From contig OZ024741.1 of NCBI GenBank assembly GCA_964016885.1, forward strand, positions 327,050,001-327,114,000: a stretch of 64,000 nt of DNA. Direction: 5' to 3'. Numbering within the stretch: position 1 is the first letter of the stretch; each line of letters opens with the position of its first letter. The notes beneath the pieces are model-generated. The model made no database searches. It was not told the DNA's origin and saw only the letters and a program-made list of their open reading frames with translations. The stretch comes from Eledone cirrhosa (lineage: Eukaryota). Below, one piece after another: positions 42,714 to 55,532 of this stretch. Made by a program: the position numbers and the translations under genes.

Positions 42714-43800
42714 ATATATATAAGAGAGTATTGAAGTTTGCTTGAAGCATTGTGGAATAATAAGGTAAATTTCTTTAAGTCGTTTGGAAGCCTCGACAAT
42801 GCAGATGGGTAAATCTCCGGGTAACAAGAGCCGATGGTGGAGAGAGAGATGTAAGTGGATGAACGTTGAGATGCATGGCGTGTATAAGACTGTAGCGTGT
42901 AGAGGAATGAAGGAAAGAGCGTAAAGGATAAAAATAAAAATAACAACACGAGATAGAGTTACCTTGGGAGAGATTTAATTGTCCCTATATATTTCGGATT
43001 CACATCCATCAACTAGGGGTTTTTTCCGGTCATGTGGGAAAGGTGTGAAATATATATATATGTATATAATTGACCCAACAATTAGTAGTATCTCTCAAAT
43101 TTTAAAATTGGTATTCTACCACTTCAACACATTTATAATTCACATATTATTTTATAGATACTACCAAAATATATAATTTTTTAATTAAATAAATAAATAT
43201 AATTTTTTCACTTTCTTTACACCATCACTAATACGATGGATACAATTATATACTAATAATAATAGTCTATTTCTAACTATAACGTACTTTTTTTTTATAT
43301 TCATTCCTTAAATTTTCTTACACCCTATATTAATATTAACTTCTCTCTCTTCTTCCCTTAAAAAATTATCCTAATAATTATTCAAATTTACCTAGCGTCT
43401 TAATATAACGATCTTTTTCAACGTTACGTTATGCTAATTAGCATATTCATCCTAAGATTTGAACTTCTTTCACTATTGAAACAGAACTTAAAACGATAAG
43501 TTCTTGTTTTTGGCTATGTCACTATTTATAAAACAACTTTTGCATTTTATCTTATGAGAGCGTACCAAAATGTTGGTACACTTGAAATATATACAAAAAA
43601 TAAATATGGTTTTATAAAGATAGTTTACCTTTATTACTATTATATATATATATTTATATATATATATATATATATATCGCCGAAAAGAAGTAAGTGACAT
43701 AGTCATTAATTTAAAATTGATAGCTTATGGTCTTCTAAATGTTTTTAATTAAACATACGGTATATTGCCAAATATACTATACATACATACATTCATATAT

Positions 43801-43867
<67 letters not shown>

Positions 43868-45097
43868 GATAGAGAGCTAGAGAGAGAGAGCAAAAATGTA
43901 CGCTTACATAAGACGAACAGACAGCTATACAATTTTGCGCATTACTGTGATATTGCCCTTGTAAACTTAATTTATACAACAGACTAGAGATCTACTCTGG
44001 TTTGTATGATGCATGTGGGACGATAGCAAAACAAAGAATGGACAGTATATTTTAAGTGGGTCCTTCGACGAATAGAGAAAGAAATATGTAAAAATAGTTA
44101 CAACCAGTGATAAATAGAGAACAGAACTAGCATGAAAAACATGCAAGATGATCTTCTCTGGAAACCTAGAAAAAAATTAACTTGCGTTAGAATTCTTCGG
44201 AAGAATGTTATTGGCCACTGCAGCTTAAGATACGGGTGATGATACCTGACAAAGCTCAGAAACAAATGACCAAAGGCCAGAGAAAATGACAAGATAAGGA
44301 TAATTGGGGAAATAAGTGGCGAGTGAAAGTTAGGGAAGCTGAGAGAGAGAGAGGGGGATGAATGGGACGGGAAAGGAAATAGTGGGAGAACAAAGACAAA
44401 TTGAGGGAGAGAGGAATCTCGCGTACAAAACATAGCAGTTTATAAAAGAACGGTACGCGTTAGCCTTATATATATGAATATATTATGACCAGAAAATGCT
44501 GAGTTTCATTATTGTTGAGGGCAATCCACAATGAGAAAATACACCATAATCTAAAGCCATGTCTTCTATCTCGTAAATGGAATCTTCAATATTTGGATTA
44601 CGTACATGATAAGGTAATACACTGAAGGTAGTTTTAATTTTCATGGTGACTCCAGTTCATATTTCCATCTGTTATTCATGTTATCGATCTTTATTTATTG
44701 AATGGCATGTAAGGACACAACTGAACATTCCCTCTTTGCCTTTATTAGCTGTATGCAAAATCACAACGAAAGTGCGTCGTTTTGGTGGTAAGTCTGGTGG
44801 GTTCTCCTTCACAAAATCATGCGTTGAATTTTCAGACAAGATAAAGTTTTGTGTCGATGAGCAAAAAACATCTAATTTTATGGGTTTATTTTCAACATAC
44901 CTCTACTGAAACTAGGCCTTACTCCCACTTAGAATTAGCTGTATGATGACGATCCAACCTAGAGAGTGTCTTCTCCTCTTAAACGCCTAACTCCCATGAA
45001 ACACAGATACACTTCGGGTTACATCTAATTAATTTGTAACCAGTAAAATCACTGTAACTCTAACTCTTAAAACGCTGATAGTCAAACATATACGAAG

Positions 45098-45222
45098 GGC
45101 TTCCAAATTCCATACACAAGGCATTGGTTAGCCCAGTGGTATAGTGGAAAATTCTTGTTCAAGGTGCCGCGCAGTTGAATCGAATCCGATATTATGTTGT
45201 TGAGAAACGAGATTCTTTTCCA
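45098..45222 (-). mobile_element. Old SINE of another tRNA-derived family
   Basis: CCAAATTCCA.ACACAAGGC.TTGGT..GCCC...TATAGT.GAA...CTTG..CAAGGTGCCGCGCAGT.GAATCGAA, with an antisense B-box. Confidence 0.55.
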
Positions 45223-46179
45223 TTCAAATAATGTATTGGGGAGTTCTTATTTACTTCACTTCGCTCAAATGCAATCTTTTCCATCTTGCAAATAAAACAA
45301 AACTCATATATATATGTACAACTTCAAATCATTATGAGCATCTAATTAAAATTAGTAAATATGATTGAGATAACTACACTTCAATGCATCTCTTCAATAA
45401 CAGTGTTTGGGATTTAGAAAAAGAAATGTCATGGGTATACTGGATTAAGATACATTGTTAAGCTCCTTGCTTTAAGGAATACATAATTGGAATTGTAGCC
45501 TAACCAATACTATTATCATTAAAATCATCGTTTCTTTTAATACTTTTTCTCGCAGTGTGACAGAAGCATTAAATATATTTAATGAACGAAGTGAAAACAG
45601 CAGCAGACGAGTGGTATTGATTATTTTCCTTTCCTTCAAACAAATAGAGTATTCAAAGTAAAATTAAATGTAATAAATACAAATCTAAACGGAAAATAAA
45701 ATGAAATGAATTTTAAAGAAGAAATATAATTTATTTAAATTAGATGAGAAATTAAATTCATATTTTGGCGTAATAAAAAAATGTTTTGAGTGGAATAAGT
45801 TTGAAAAATTTCTATACTAATTCAATAAAACAAGAACATAATGGAGAAAATCCTAATACTATTAATTCATGAAAGGCCTCAACTATCGAATTATTTGCAT
45901 TTGAGAGGGTTGATTTATATAAAATTTCGGTGTACCACAGTTTCTCATCAAATCGGAATGTATGAAAGGCATCCCACCATTACTCAGAACGTCACTGAAG
46001 TAATGATGAATATATATTAACGGTTTCTGATTTAAGCAGAATGTCAACAATTTTGGGGGAGAGAAAAGTCGATTAAATCGATCCGAGTGTGTTACTGGTA
46101 CTTTATTTTAACAACCTTTAATGATAAAAGGAAATGTATTAGGATATATATGAAATGATGGCGAATATAATATTACTAA

Positions 46180-46470
46180 TAATTGTTTCTACTTTAGGCA
46201 CAAGGCCAGCAAATACCCAGTGCATTACTGGTACTTTATTTGATCAACCCCGTAAGGATGAAAGGCAAAGTTAACCTCAGCGGGATTTGAACTCACATCG
46301 TAAAGGACATAACTATGCTGGAAAGCATGGCGTCCGACCCTCTACCGATACTGCCAATCCACCGCCGAGGTTGACTTTGCCTTTCATCCTTACGGGGTCG
46401 ATAAAATAAAGTACCAGTAATGCACTGGGTAATTGCTGGCCTTGTGCCTAAAGTAGAAACAATTATTATT
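46180..46470. mobile_element. Head-to-head SINE pair: full minus copy (46180-46366) fused to a 5'-truncated plus copy (46362-46470)
   Basis: The two copies share CCGCC at the junction. Confidence 0.85.
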
Positions 46471-46539
46471 ACTAATAATCAAAATTGAAAACATTTCCGA
46501 AATTTACAATAAGATTTATAGGAGCTGGTCGATTAATCG

Positions 46540-46650
<111 letters not shown>

Positions 46651-47613
46651 GACAACAGTAATTATATTATAGGAAGGAGTTGCTTCAAATTTTAAATCGC
46701 ACATGACACTCTTTCCGATCATCGTATAAATTGTTTCATATGTATTCTTCTCGACTAACAACTTAAAATGGAGTCGACATTCAACTTAACAATTAGCCTC
46801 GTATAATTAAGTTAATTTTGGATTCTTTGCTAGAAATCAGATTTGAATAAATTTCTTTCATTCAAAATTTATTTGGTGTTTTCATTTTATTGTTTTTGAT
46901 TTGAGAATAGTGTGCGATGCTATCGCATTGCATTCGATTTTAGTCACTAAAGCAATGTCGTTCGAATTTTTCTTTCACTGAAATTTGTTACTGTTTTATG
47001 TTGGCTTTAATTATTATCAACATCATATTGATTTCAAACTTGCAGTCAAAGCCACATCATTTATAGGAATTCAGTTTAATCGATGACACTGATTACATAC
47101 TTTAGTCATTGAGTAAATGAAAATCGATAACCTATATTCTATAATAAATATTTTACGTACAGCCAGAAAATATTTATATTTAAATTATAGATACCCTGAA
47201 GTTAGCCATACAAAGGCAGGTCAGCACTACAAATCCTCTCAGATGCTGGAGAGGTTCATATTTTCATGATTTTCGGATGTTGGAAATTTTCAATGAAGGA
47301 TGATTAATCTGAATAAAGAATTCGCTTGTATGGCTAGAAACGTGTATTCGAAACATATCTGACATAATTATACACAGATAAATCTCTTGGTAAAATCCTA
47401 TTTCAATCAGAACTATGCAATTAACATGAATGTTTGGTTCATTGATTTTATCGGGTGCCAATATGTCAAATGTATGCATGATGTATAGCTCCAATCAGAA
47501 GGGTATCGGATTAAATACGTTTCACTGATTTCTGATAAAACCATTACATGTGTTCGAGTCTATTCATATGTCTATACCGTATTTCGTTCAAAATCTCTAT
47601 TTTGCGTCGCCTG

Positions 47614-47739
<126 letters not shown>

Positions 47740-47744
47740 GAAAG

Positions 47745-47893
47745 AAGGATGAAATTGAAAATGCAACTGGAGTCTTATTTTTAAAAATATATATATATTT
47801 ATTTGGTTCCTTTACCGGTAAAGGAACCAAATAAATATATATATATATTTTTAAAATATGACTCCAGTTGCATTTTCGATTTCATCTTGTTCT
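47745..47893. repeat. Fold-back centred on ACCGGT
   Basis: ATTTGGTTCCTTT ACCGGT AAAGGAACCAAAT. Homologous to ~25640-25735. Confidence 0.9.
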
Positions 47894-47919
47894 CTCTCTC
47901 TCTCTCGCTCTCTCTCTCA

Positions 47920-48030
<111 letters not shown>

Positions 48031-48153
48031 CTAGGGATTGTAACGTCCAGTTACTGTAGGTTCTTCAGGGTGAGAACTTAATGCGTAGTTTCCAGTAAGT
48101 ATAGAGATGTTGTACTAAGCAGAGGGTAATAATAATAATCTTACACGCACACA

Positions 48154-48296
<143 letters not shown>

Positions 48297-48720
48297 CAAA
48301 GGCACCATGGTAAAAACTAATATATGGAACATTATATTGTGTAACATTATTTTAATTTATATTCCTTTGAGTTCCGATGAGCCACTCTGTTTTTTTAAAT
48401 ATATTAATTATTTTCAACTGAACCAGATCAATTATGATACATAGTCATCTGATCGAGAAATATTATACGGAGTAGCGAAACAATTGTAAACGGGCATTAT
48501 TATTATTAATATTATTATTATTATTATTGTCTACATTCCTTACATCAAACTAAATATGTTGACAATCTTTTAATAATGTCTTCCTTGTGAAATGTGTGGT
48601 CTTGTTTTGCTTAACTAATGAATATATATATATATATATATATATATACATTATGAAGAGAGAAGAAACATTTAGATATAATTAGTAATAAAATGTATCA
48701 TACCTAAACTGTTCCTAAAT

Positions 48721-48808
48721 TCCTCGACTACGTAGTTTCGTGGCATAAACAAAAACAATATATCAAAGATATAGAGTCCTTGCGAGGTCTGCCGACTTAT
48801 CAAGAGGA
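48721..48808 (-). ncRNA. Type I hammerhead HH-B copy 1 (U3-A8 core)
   Basis: TCCTC-TTGATAA-GTcGGCA...TGCCAC-GAAA-CTACGTAG-TC-GAGGA. Stem I TCCTC/GAGGA, palindromic stem-loop III, GUC site. Confidence 0.85.
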
Positions 48809-49311
48809 TACCTCATTTTACTAGTCTCAAGAACGCGTCTACACGACGTGAGAAAGAATCCCAAAAGGCGGAGGGGGAGATAGTCACGCGATATAACGGT
48901 CGAGAAACAGAGCTAAGCCTCTTATAACCACGAAGAAAATACCACGGAGGCGGATGGGGTATTCATATCGAGGCCGTAGAAGAGGTAGTGAAGAAGGCGA
49001 GAAGTATGAGTAATGGAAGCTTTCCAGTTGTCCCCACACCTCAAAGATTGCTCGACCAGAGGGAGTTATTAATATATTTAGAAACACACAGATACATGCG
49101 GACGCACACATATATACATGAATGCATCCGCACCCAACTGTGAGTTAAGGGTGCCAACTTCACCGATGTTGCTCAATGAATGACTGGGACAGACCAATTC
49201 AGTTTGAACCAGACTGAACCAGTATCAGAGTTAAAAATACATTATGAAGAGAGAAGAAACATTTAGATATAATTAGTAATAAAATGTATCATACCTAAAC
49301 TGTTCCTAAAT

Positions 49312-49399
49312 TCCTCGACTACGTAGTTTCGTGGCATAAACAAAAACAATATATCAAAGATATAGAGTCCTTGCGAGGTCTGCCGACTTATCAAGAGGA
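49312..49399 (-). ncRNA. Type I hammerhead HH-B copy 2
   Basis: Same motif at +591. Confidence 0.85.
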
Positions 49400-49902
49400 T
49401 ACCTCATTTTACTAGTCTCAAGAACGCGTCTACACGACGTGAGAAAGAATCCCAAAAGGCGGAGGGGGAGATAGTCACGCGATATAACGGTCGAGAAACA
49501 GAGCTAAGCCTCTTATAACCACGAAGAAAATACCACGTAGGCGGATGGGGTATTCATATCGAGGCCGTAGAAGAGGTAGTGAAGAAGGCGAGAAGTATGA
49601 GTAATGGAAGCTTTCCAGTTGTCCCCACACCTCAAAGATTGCTCGACCAGAGGGAGTTATTAATATATTTAGAAACACACAGATACATGCGGACGCACAC
49701 ATATATACATGAATGCATCCGCACCCAACTGTGAGTTAAGGGTGCCAACTTCACCGATGTTGCTCAATGAATGACTGGGACAGACCAATTCAGTTTGAAC
49801 CAGACTGAACCAGTATCAGAGTTAAAAATACATTATGAAGAGAGAAGAAACATTTAGATATAATTAGTAATAAAATGTATCATACCTAAACTGTTCCTAA
49901 AT

Positions 49903-49990
49903 TCCTCGACTACGTAGTTTCGTGGCATAAACAAAAACAATATATCAAAGATATAGAGTCCTTGCGAGGTCTGCCGACTTATCAAGAGGA
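49903..49990 (-). ncRNA. Type I hammerhead HH-B copy 3
   Basis: Same motif at +1182. Confidence 0.85.
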
Positions 49991-50364
49991 TACCTCATTT
50001 TACTAGTCTCAAGAACGCGTCTATACGACGTGAGAAAGAATCCCAAAAGGCGGAGGGGGAGATAGTCACGCGATATAACGGTCGAGAAACAGAGCTAAGC
50101 CTCTTATAACCACGAAGAAAATACCACGGAGGCGGAGGGGGTATTCATATCGAGGCCGTAGAAGAGGTAGTGAAGAAGGCGAGAAGTATGAGTAATGGAA
50201 GCTTTCCAGTTGTCCCCACACCTCAAAGATTGCTCGACCAGAGGGAGTTATTAATATATTTAGAAACACACAGATACATGCGGCCGCACACATATATATA
50301 CATGAATGCATCCGCACCCAACTGTGAGTTAAGGGTGCCAACTTCACCGATGTTGCTATATGAA

Positions 50365-51043
50365 AACATAAATTAAGAAAACTATAAAACTTAACTTACT
50401 TACTAAAATTTCACTCCAACTATTTAGTTTCTGAAAGGCAATAAACATGGTTTCCGAATGGAAAGCATGGAGAAAACCTTTCGTCATCAGGAAGTCTCAG
50501 CTAAGTTCCCAGGCGATGCGTGGACACAGGGAACTTATACAAAAATAATTCATTGGATGGAAAAAAGCAAGCGTGGACTAAATTCCAAGACATTGGAAAT
50601 ATCACTGCCTACTTGGTCGGTTGCAAATTCAAAAGAATCAATCACGTGACATCGAGGTTAATCAGTGAGGAATGGGGTGCTAAAAATACAGTAGTCGAAC
50701 CATTACTATGAACTATAGTAGCAGCTTTGGCAAATGTTTGCTCAACAAAATAATTTGGAGATAATTATAAAGAATTAGTATATCTACCAACATATATATA
50801 CAGATGCACACCTATGCTTTCTCCATGCGTTCCATTCAGAAACCATGTTTATTCCCTTTCAGAAACTGATTAGTTGGAGTGAAATTTTAGTAAGTTAATT
50901 TTTATAATTTTCTTATTTTACGTCTTTCAAATAATTGTTCTGTATCCCCTTGCATTGAACCACAAAGTTACTAAGACAAAACCTATATATTTGCTAGCAT
51001 AGGTATGCATCTGTATATATATGTTGGTAGATATACTAATTCT

Positions 51044-51045
<2 letters not shown>
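50365..51045. repeat. Diverged HH-A family copy plus inverted partial copy
   Basis: ~50365-50817 is homologous to 798-1255, and ~50818-51045 is an inverted piece. Confidence 0.85.
50413..50495 (-). ncRNA. Hammerhead HH-A diverged copy with a compensatory stem II change
   Basis: ACTTC-CTGATGA-cGAAAGG...CCTTTCa-GAAA-CTAAATAG-TT-GGAGT, versus GTAAGG/CCTTAC in copy 1. Confidence 0.7.
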
Positions 51046-51138
<93 letters not shown>

Positions 51139-52494
51139 AGTATGTAAGTATGTGTGTGTATAATTATAAATAGCATTCAAAACTTAACCTTGCTGAAACA
51201 TTTAGCTATAGCAGGCCCATAACAAGAGTTAGGCAAGGTGGTCGGTGATATGGGATACACAATGTGGTACGCCGATCTAATGTATGAGGGTGGGATCTGA
51301 CATTTGGCGTATTATACTAATCTAAATACACATGCACACAAACACACACATATATATATATATATATATGTAATATAGGTTATTTTAGGGAAGTAATTCG
51401 CTATTATCTCTGGTAAGGTTAGATAAACTCTATGCACAATACAATCAGGAGTTTAAATCTAATGAATTAGTCATCTACATTGAAATTCTTGTTGTTGAGG
51501 ATTGTTCCAGTAGAAGAACATTAATATTCAATATGCAAACAAAGTCAAGGTTAACCATTTACCTTAAATATGTTATTTCTACGTCCGTTTCAATACGGTT
51601 ATAATTGTACATGCATATGTAAACAATTATCGACACCATACATAATTCATATAAATCGCTTCTCTTCAGTAATATGTGAGAAAGAGCACAGTTTACCAAT
51701 TTCAAATGGTTTCAAGAATAAGCAACATTTCAAAATATTGAGCATAGAGCAAGCAATGATATTCAAGAAACATATGTTGTATATGGAGTTTTGTGACTGT
51801 GCATAATTATGAGTTGAAGTATAATATTTATGACATTATCATTTATAATATTCCTAATTATTTTTTTTATACAGGTAGAGTTAAATTAAAAACATTCTTA
51901 TCTCTGATCGAGACGAAACGTTAGAGTGTTTGAATACATATATATATCTGAGCAAACTAATCATTAGAAAACAGTCAAATGCTTTCAAAGACAGCGATGG
52001 GCCAATTGTTTTAGATGACAGAGGCAATGGGTCACCCGGTCAGCAGAGAGACAGTCAATAAGGCGGGTGACTGCCATTGTTGTCCATCACTGTCTTTGAC
52101 AACATTTTACAGTTACAGTGTTTGTTGCGCGACTTGCAGGAGTGGAAATTATCTAATAGGTAGCAGTAAGCAGGTTTAGGTGAAAACTATAACATATCTA
52201 TTATTACAGAGTTATTTTTTAATTTCATTATATAGTTACAATAAAAATAGTTATTACATGTGCAGGTGTGGAATGTTTTGCAAAAGCCTTACCAAGCGCA
52301 GGTAAGCGGTCGCATCATATAAACAAAGAATATATACACAAACGAAGTACTCTAAATATTACCGTTAGTACCAATCCGGTTCACATATATAATATTTGTC
52401 TAGAGCTGAACTGGCCTCGTATATATCACACTGTTTATCACTTCATTTTAAAGAGATCAGGATATCTGTCTTTACGTTGTAAATTTAATATTAT

Positions 52495-52630
52495 TCATTT
52501 AATATAAACTGATCTATTTAGTGCTTTATTATAATATTGAGTACTCTGGTTAAAGATATCTTGGTTAGAGGACAGGTCAGAGATACTATTTGATACATTA
52601 TTAAATATAGTTTTCAGTATAGAAACTGTA
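52495..52630 (-). pseudogene. Probable Penelope-like RT C-terminal remnant
   Basis: SILKTIFNNVSNSISDLSSNQDIFNQSTQYYNKALNRSVY resembles the PLE motif I.K.IP..I..R.S..SSN..IF.....Y..AL..SGY. Confidence 0.5.
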
Positions 52631-55033
52631 ACTGTATAAACCCTAATGCTTGCCCTCTTAACGGCAATTTTCCAACTGATAATGTATTTTAACAATGGAC
52701 TATATCTAAAAGATATATTTAAATATAGATATTATATGCATCACCACTCTTTCAGAGAGGAAACAATTACTAAGTAGCTCAACCTCATTAGCTCGACATA
52801 TATGGGACCTCATAGCGCCTAATACTGAGTACTCCATTAATTGGAAGATCCTAAAAGTCACCCATTCTTACCAACAATGAAACAAAAGCTCGAACGTGTG
52901 CCTTACTGATCATTTCTATAATTTAAAATCCAAACTAATAATTCCTAACAGAAAATTTAAATTCTTTTCACCTGTCTACAAAATTTGAGATTCTTTTCAC
53001 ATGACCAAAATAATGATTTACGATATCTATAGTTAAACTTAATATAAATCCGCAAGTTTTAATCAATAATGCATTATGTTAAAATACAAATGTTTTTTTT
53101 TTATTTTTTAATATATGTTTTAATATATTTCCTTATTATATATATTTTTTATACATATCTTAAATAATTTTTTTATTTCGTATATTTTATTTGATCTGTT
53201 TTTATTTTTAATGTTTTTATTTATTTTTATCTTTATTTATTTTTTATTTATTTTTGTGTTTTATTGGATAATTAATAATATAATGAATAACTCCCTCACT
53301 ACTAAATCATAGCTGACAATTACAACGCAATAATCTAATATCTTTATAATTTTATGATTTTAATTTTAATCTTATTTTAAAATTAACTATAATCCAATAA
53401 TCGTAATAATTGTTTCTCCCTATGAATCCAAAAAGTTCTAACCCCAAGACTTAAATACAATACTTAATACACCCTTCATAGAAAGAAAAATATTTCTCCC
53501 CTTCCTTCAAATAGAACGTAAAAATAATTTCTCCACACACTCAATATGTATTTTGTCCACATGATTTATACTCTTGCACACCTTAAGGTACATATTAGTA
53601 TATATATATGTGTGTGTGTATGTGTGTGTGTGTGTGTGTGAGTGCGTGTATATATATATGAATGTGTGTGTGTGTGTGTGTATGTTTAGGTGTCTAGCAG
53701 TATGAACCTATGTGTGAATGTATATATATATGTGTGTGTCTATGATACCTGGCTACATATATGATTTCATATGATTAAATATGCTTTCGGACCTACCTAG
53801 TATATACTCTCTATGCTGTTAAATATTTTTTATATATTGAAAATCGTGTGATCTACAAGTTTAAAATTCTAGTGATACAAAGTTTATGGTAATTTAAGTT
53901 CGAATTTCACATATCACATACGGGTTCGATGAAATAAAGTACCAGTAATACACTGTAATAATTGCTGGCCTTGTGCCAAAAGTAGAAACAATTATTATCG
54001 TCACGATTATTTTATCGATGTATTTTTTGTTATGTTCTCGCATTTGGTATCTCATGGTTTTGTTTTTGTTTATTATGCTGTTGTGGTTGTTGTCGTTATT
54101 AACATGTGATGACCTTTAAGTAGAACTAAATAAAGTAACCGGATCTTGGCTAGAGAGCAATTCCATATTCAACACCAGGAATATTCTCAGCATTGCACGA
54201 AATATCAACATTACAAAAGAAATATATAAATACATAAATACATAAACAAATAAATAAATAAATAAAAATAAATAAACAAATAAATAATATTCATATTAAT
54301 TTTAAATCATAATATATAATAAATATAATTTTGATTAAAATATTTATTCATATTTTGTTTTTGAAGTTTAAATGTCATTTAAATATGAATTATAACTGGA
54401 AATACATTCAATGTATATTTTGTATGTTGATTTTTTAGGGGGTTTTCATTAAACAAATCTGGTTTTATATCTTTAATGTTTATGAAATTAATAAATCTCT
54501 ATATCTCTGAAGTGGTCTCTTTATGTGAAAACTTTATCAGTGTTCCGTGAATTACTTTCCAGAATATAAATTCTAGCAATTTAATTCTGTCTTAAGTGTC
54601 TATAGAATATTATATTTCAAAATCCCCCCGAGGTTTACTTTGCCTTTCATCCTTACGGGGTCGATAAAATAAAGTACCAGTAATGCACTGGTTTATTGCT
54701 GGCCTTGTGCTTAAAGTAGAAACAATTATATTTCAAGTAAATTAATAAAACATCAGGTATTTTATGAAGAAAAAATGAACATCAATAAAAATGACAAATG
54801 TGTCATCAAATATATTCTCAGAAGGCTGATCACTCAGTACGGATCCGTCATAGCTACTGATGACCTAATAGAGTTGTATAGGTCTGCCCTGACATGCAGT
54901 ATGACTTAAGTATTTTATTAGATCTGGTTGCGTCTAATTTTCGCCAGGTTTAACATCAATAGAGTTATTCCTAATTGATAGTGAGAGAAAGATATATAGA
55001 TAGATAGAGATAGATAAATAGGGAGAGAGAGAG

Positions 55034-55083
<50 letters not shown>

Positions 55084-55116
55084 GGATAGAGAGAGAGGGA
55101 GAGAGAGAGAGGGAGC

Positions 55117-55148
<32 letters not shown>

Positions 55149-55152
55149 GAGA

Positions 55153-55232
<80 letters not shown>

Positions 55233-55309
55233 ATAATGATAATAATAATTGTTTCTACCTTTGGCACAAGGCCAGCCATTACCCCAGTGTATTACCGGTG
55301 CTTTATAAT

Positions 55310-55528
55310 AATTGTTTCTTATATAGGCACAAGGTCAGCAATTTTGGGGGAGGGGAAAGTCAATTAAATTGACTCCAGTGCGTTACTGGTACTTTATTTT
55401 ACCGACCCCCGCAAGGATGAAAGGCAAAGTTAACATTGGCTGGATTTGAACTCAGAACGTAAAGGGCCGTAACATATATCACGAAGCAGGGTTTCCGTCG
55501 CTCCACCAATTCTGCCAATTCACCGCCT
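55310..55528 (-). mobile_element. tRNA-derived SINE copy
   Basis: Matches the consensus. Partial copies nearby at ~53925-53998, ~54625-54729 and ~55245-55300. Confidence 0.8.
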
Positions 55529-55532
55529 TGGT

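Larger units (their letters stand above)
48646..50357 (-). repeat. Tandem array of a 591-bp unit (about 2.9 near-identical copies), one hammerhead per unit (family HH-B, retrozyme-like)
   Basis: ATACATTATGAAGAGAGAAG at 48646, 49237 and 49828. The ORF track repeats with period 591. Starts in (TA)n. Confidence 0.95.

Noticed and set aside
48884-50347. Three copies of a 75-93 aa ORF
   Set aside because: By-product of the 591-bp tandem repeat, with no recognisable domain.
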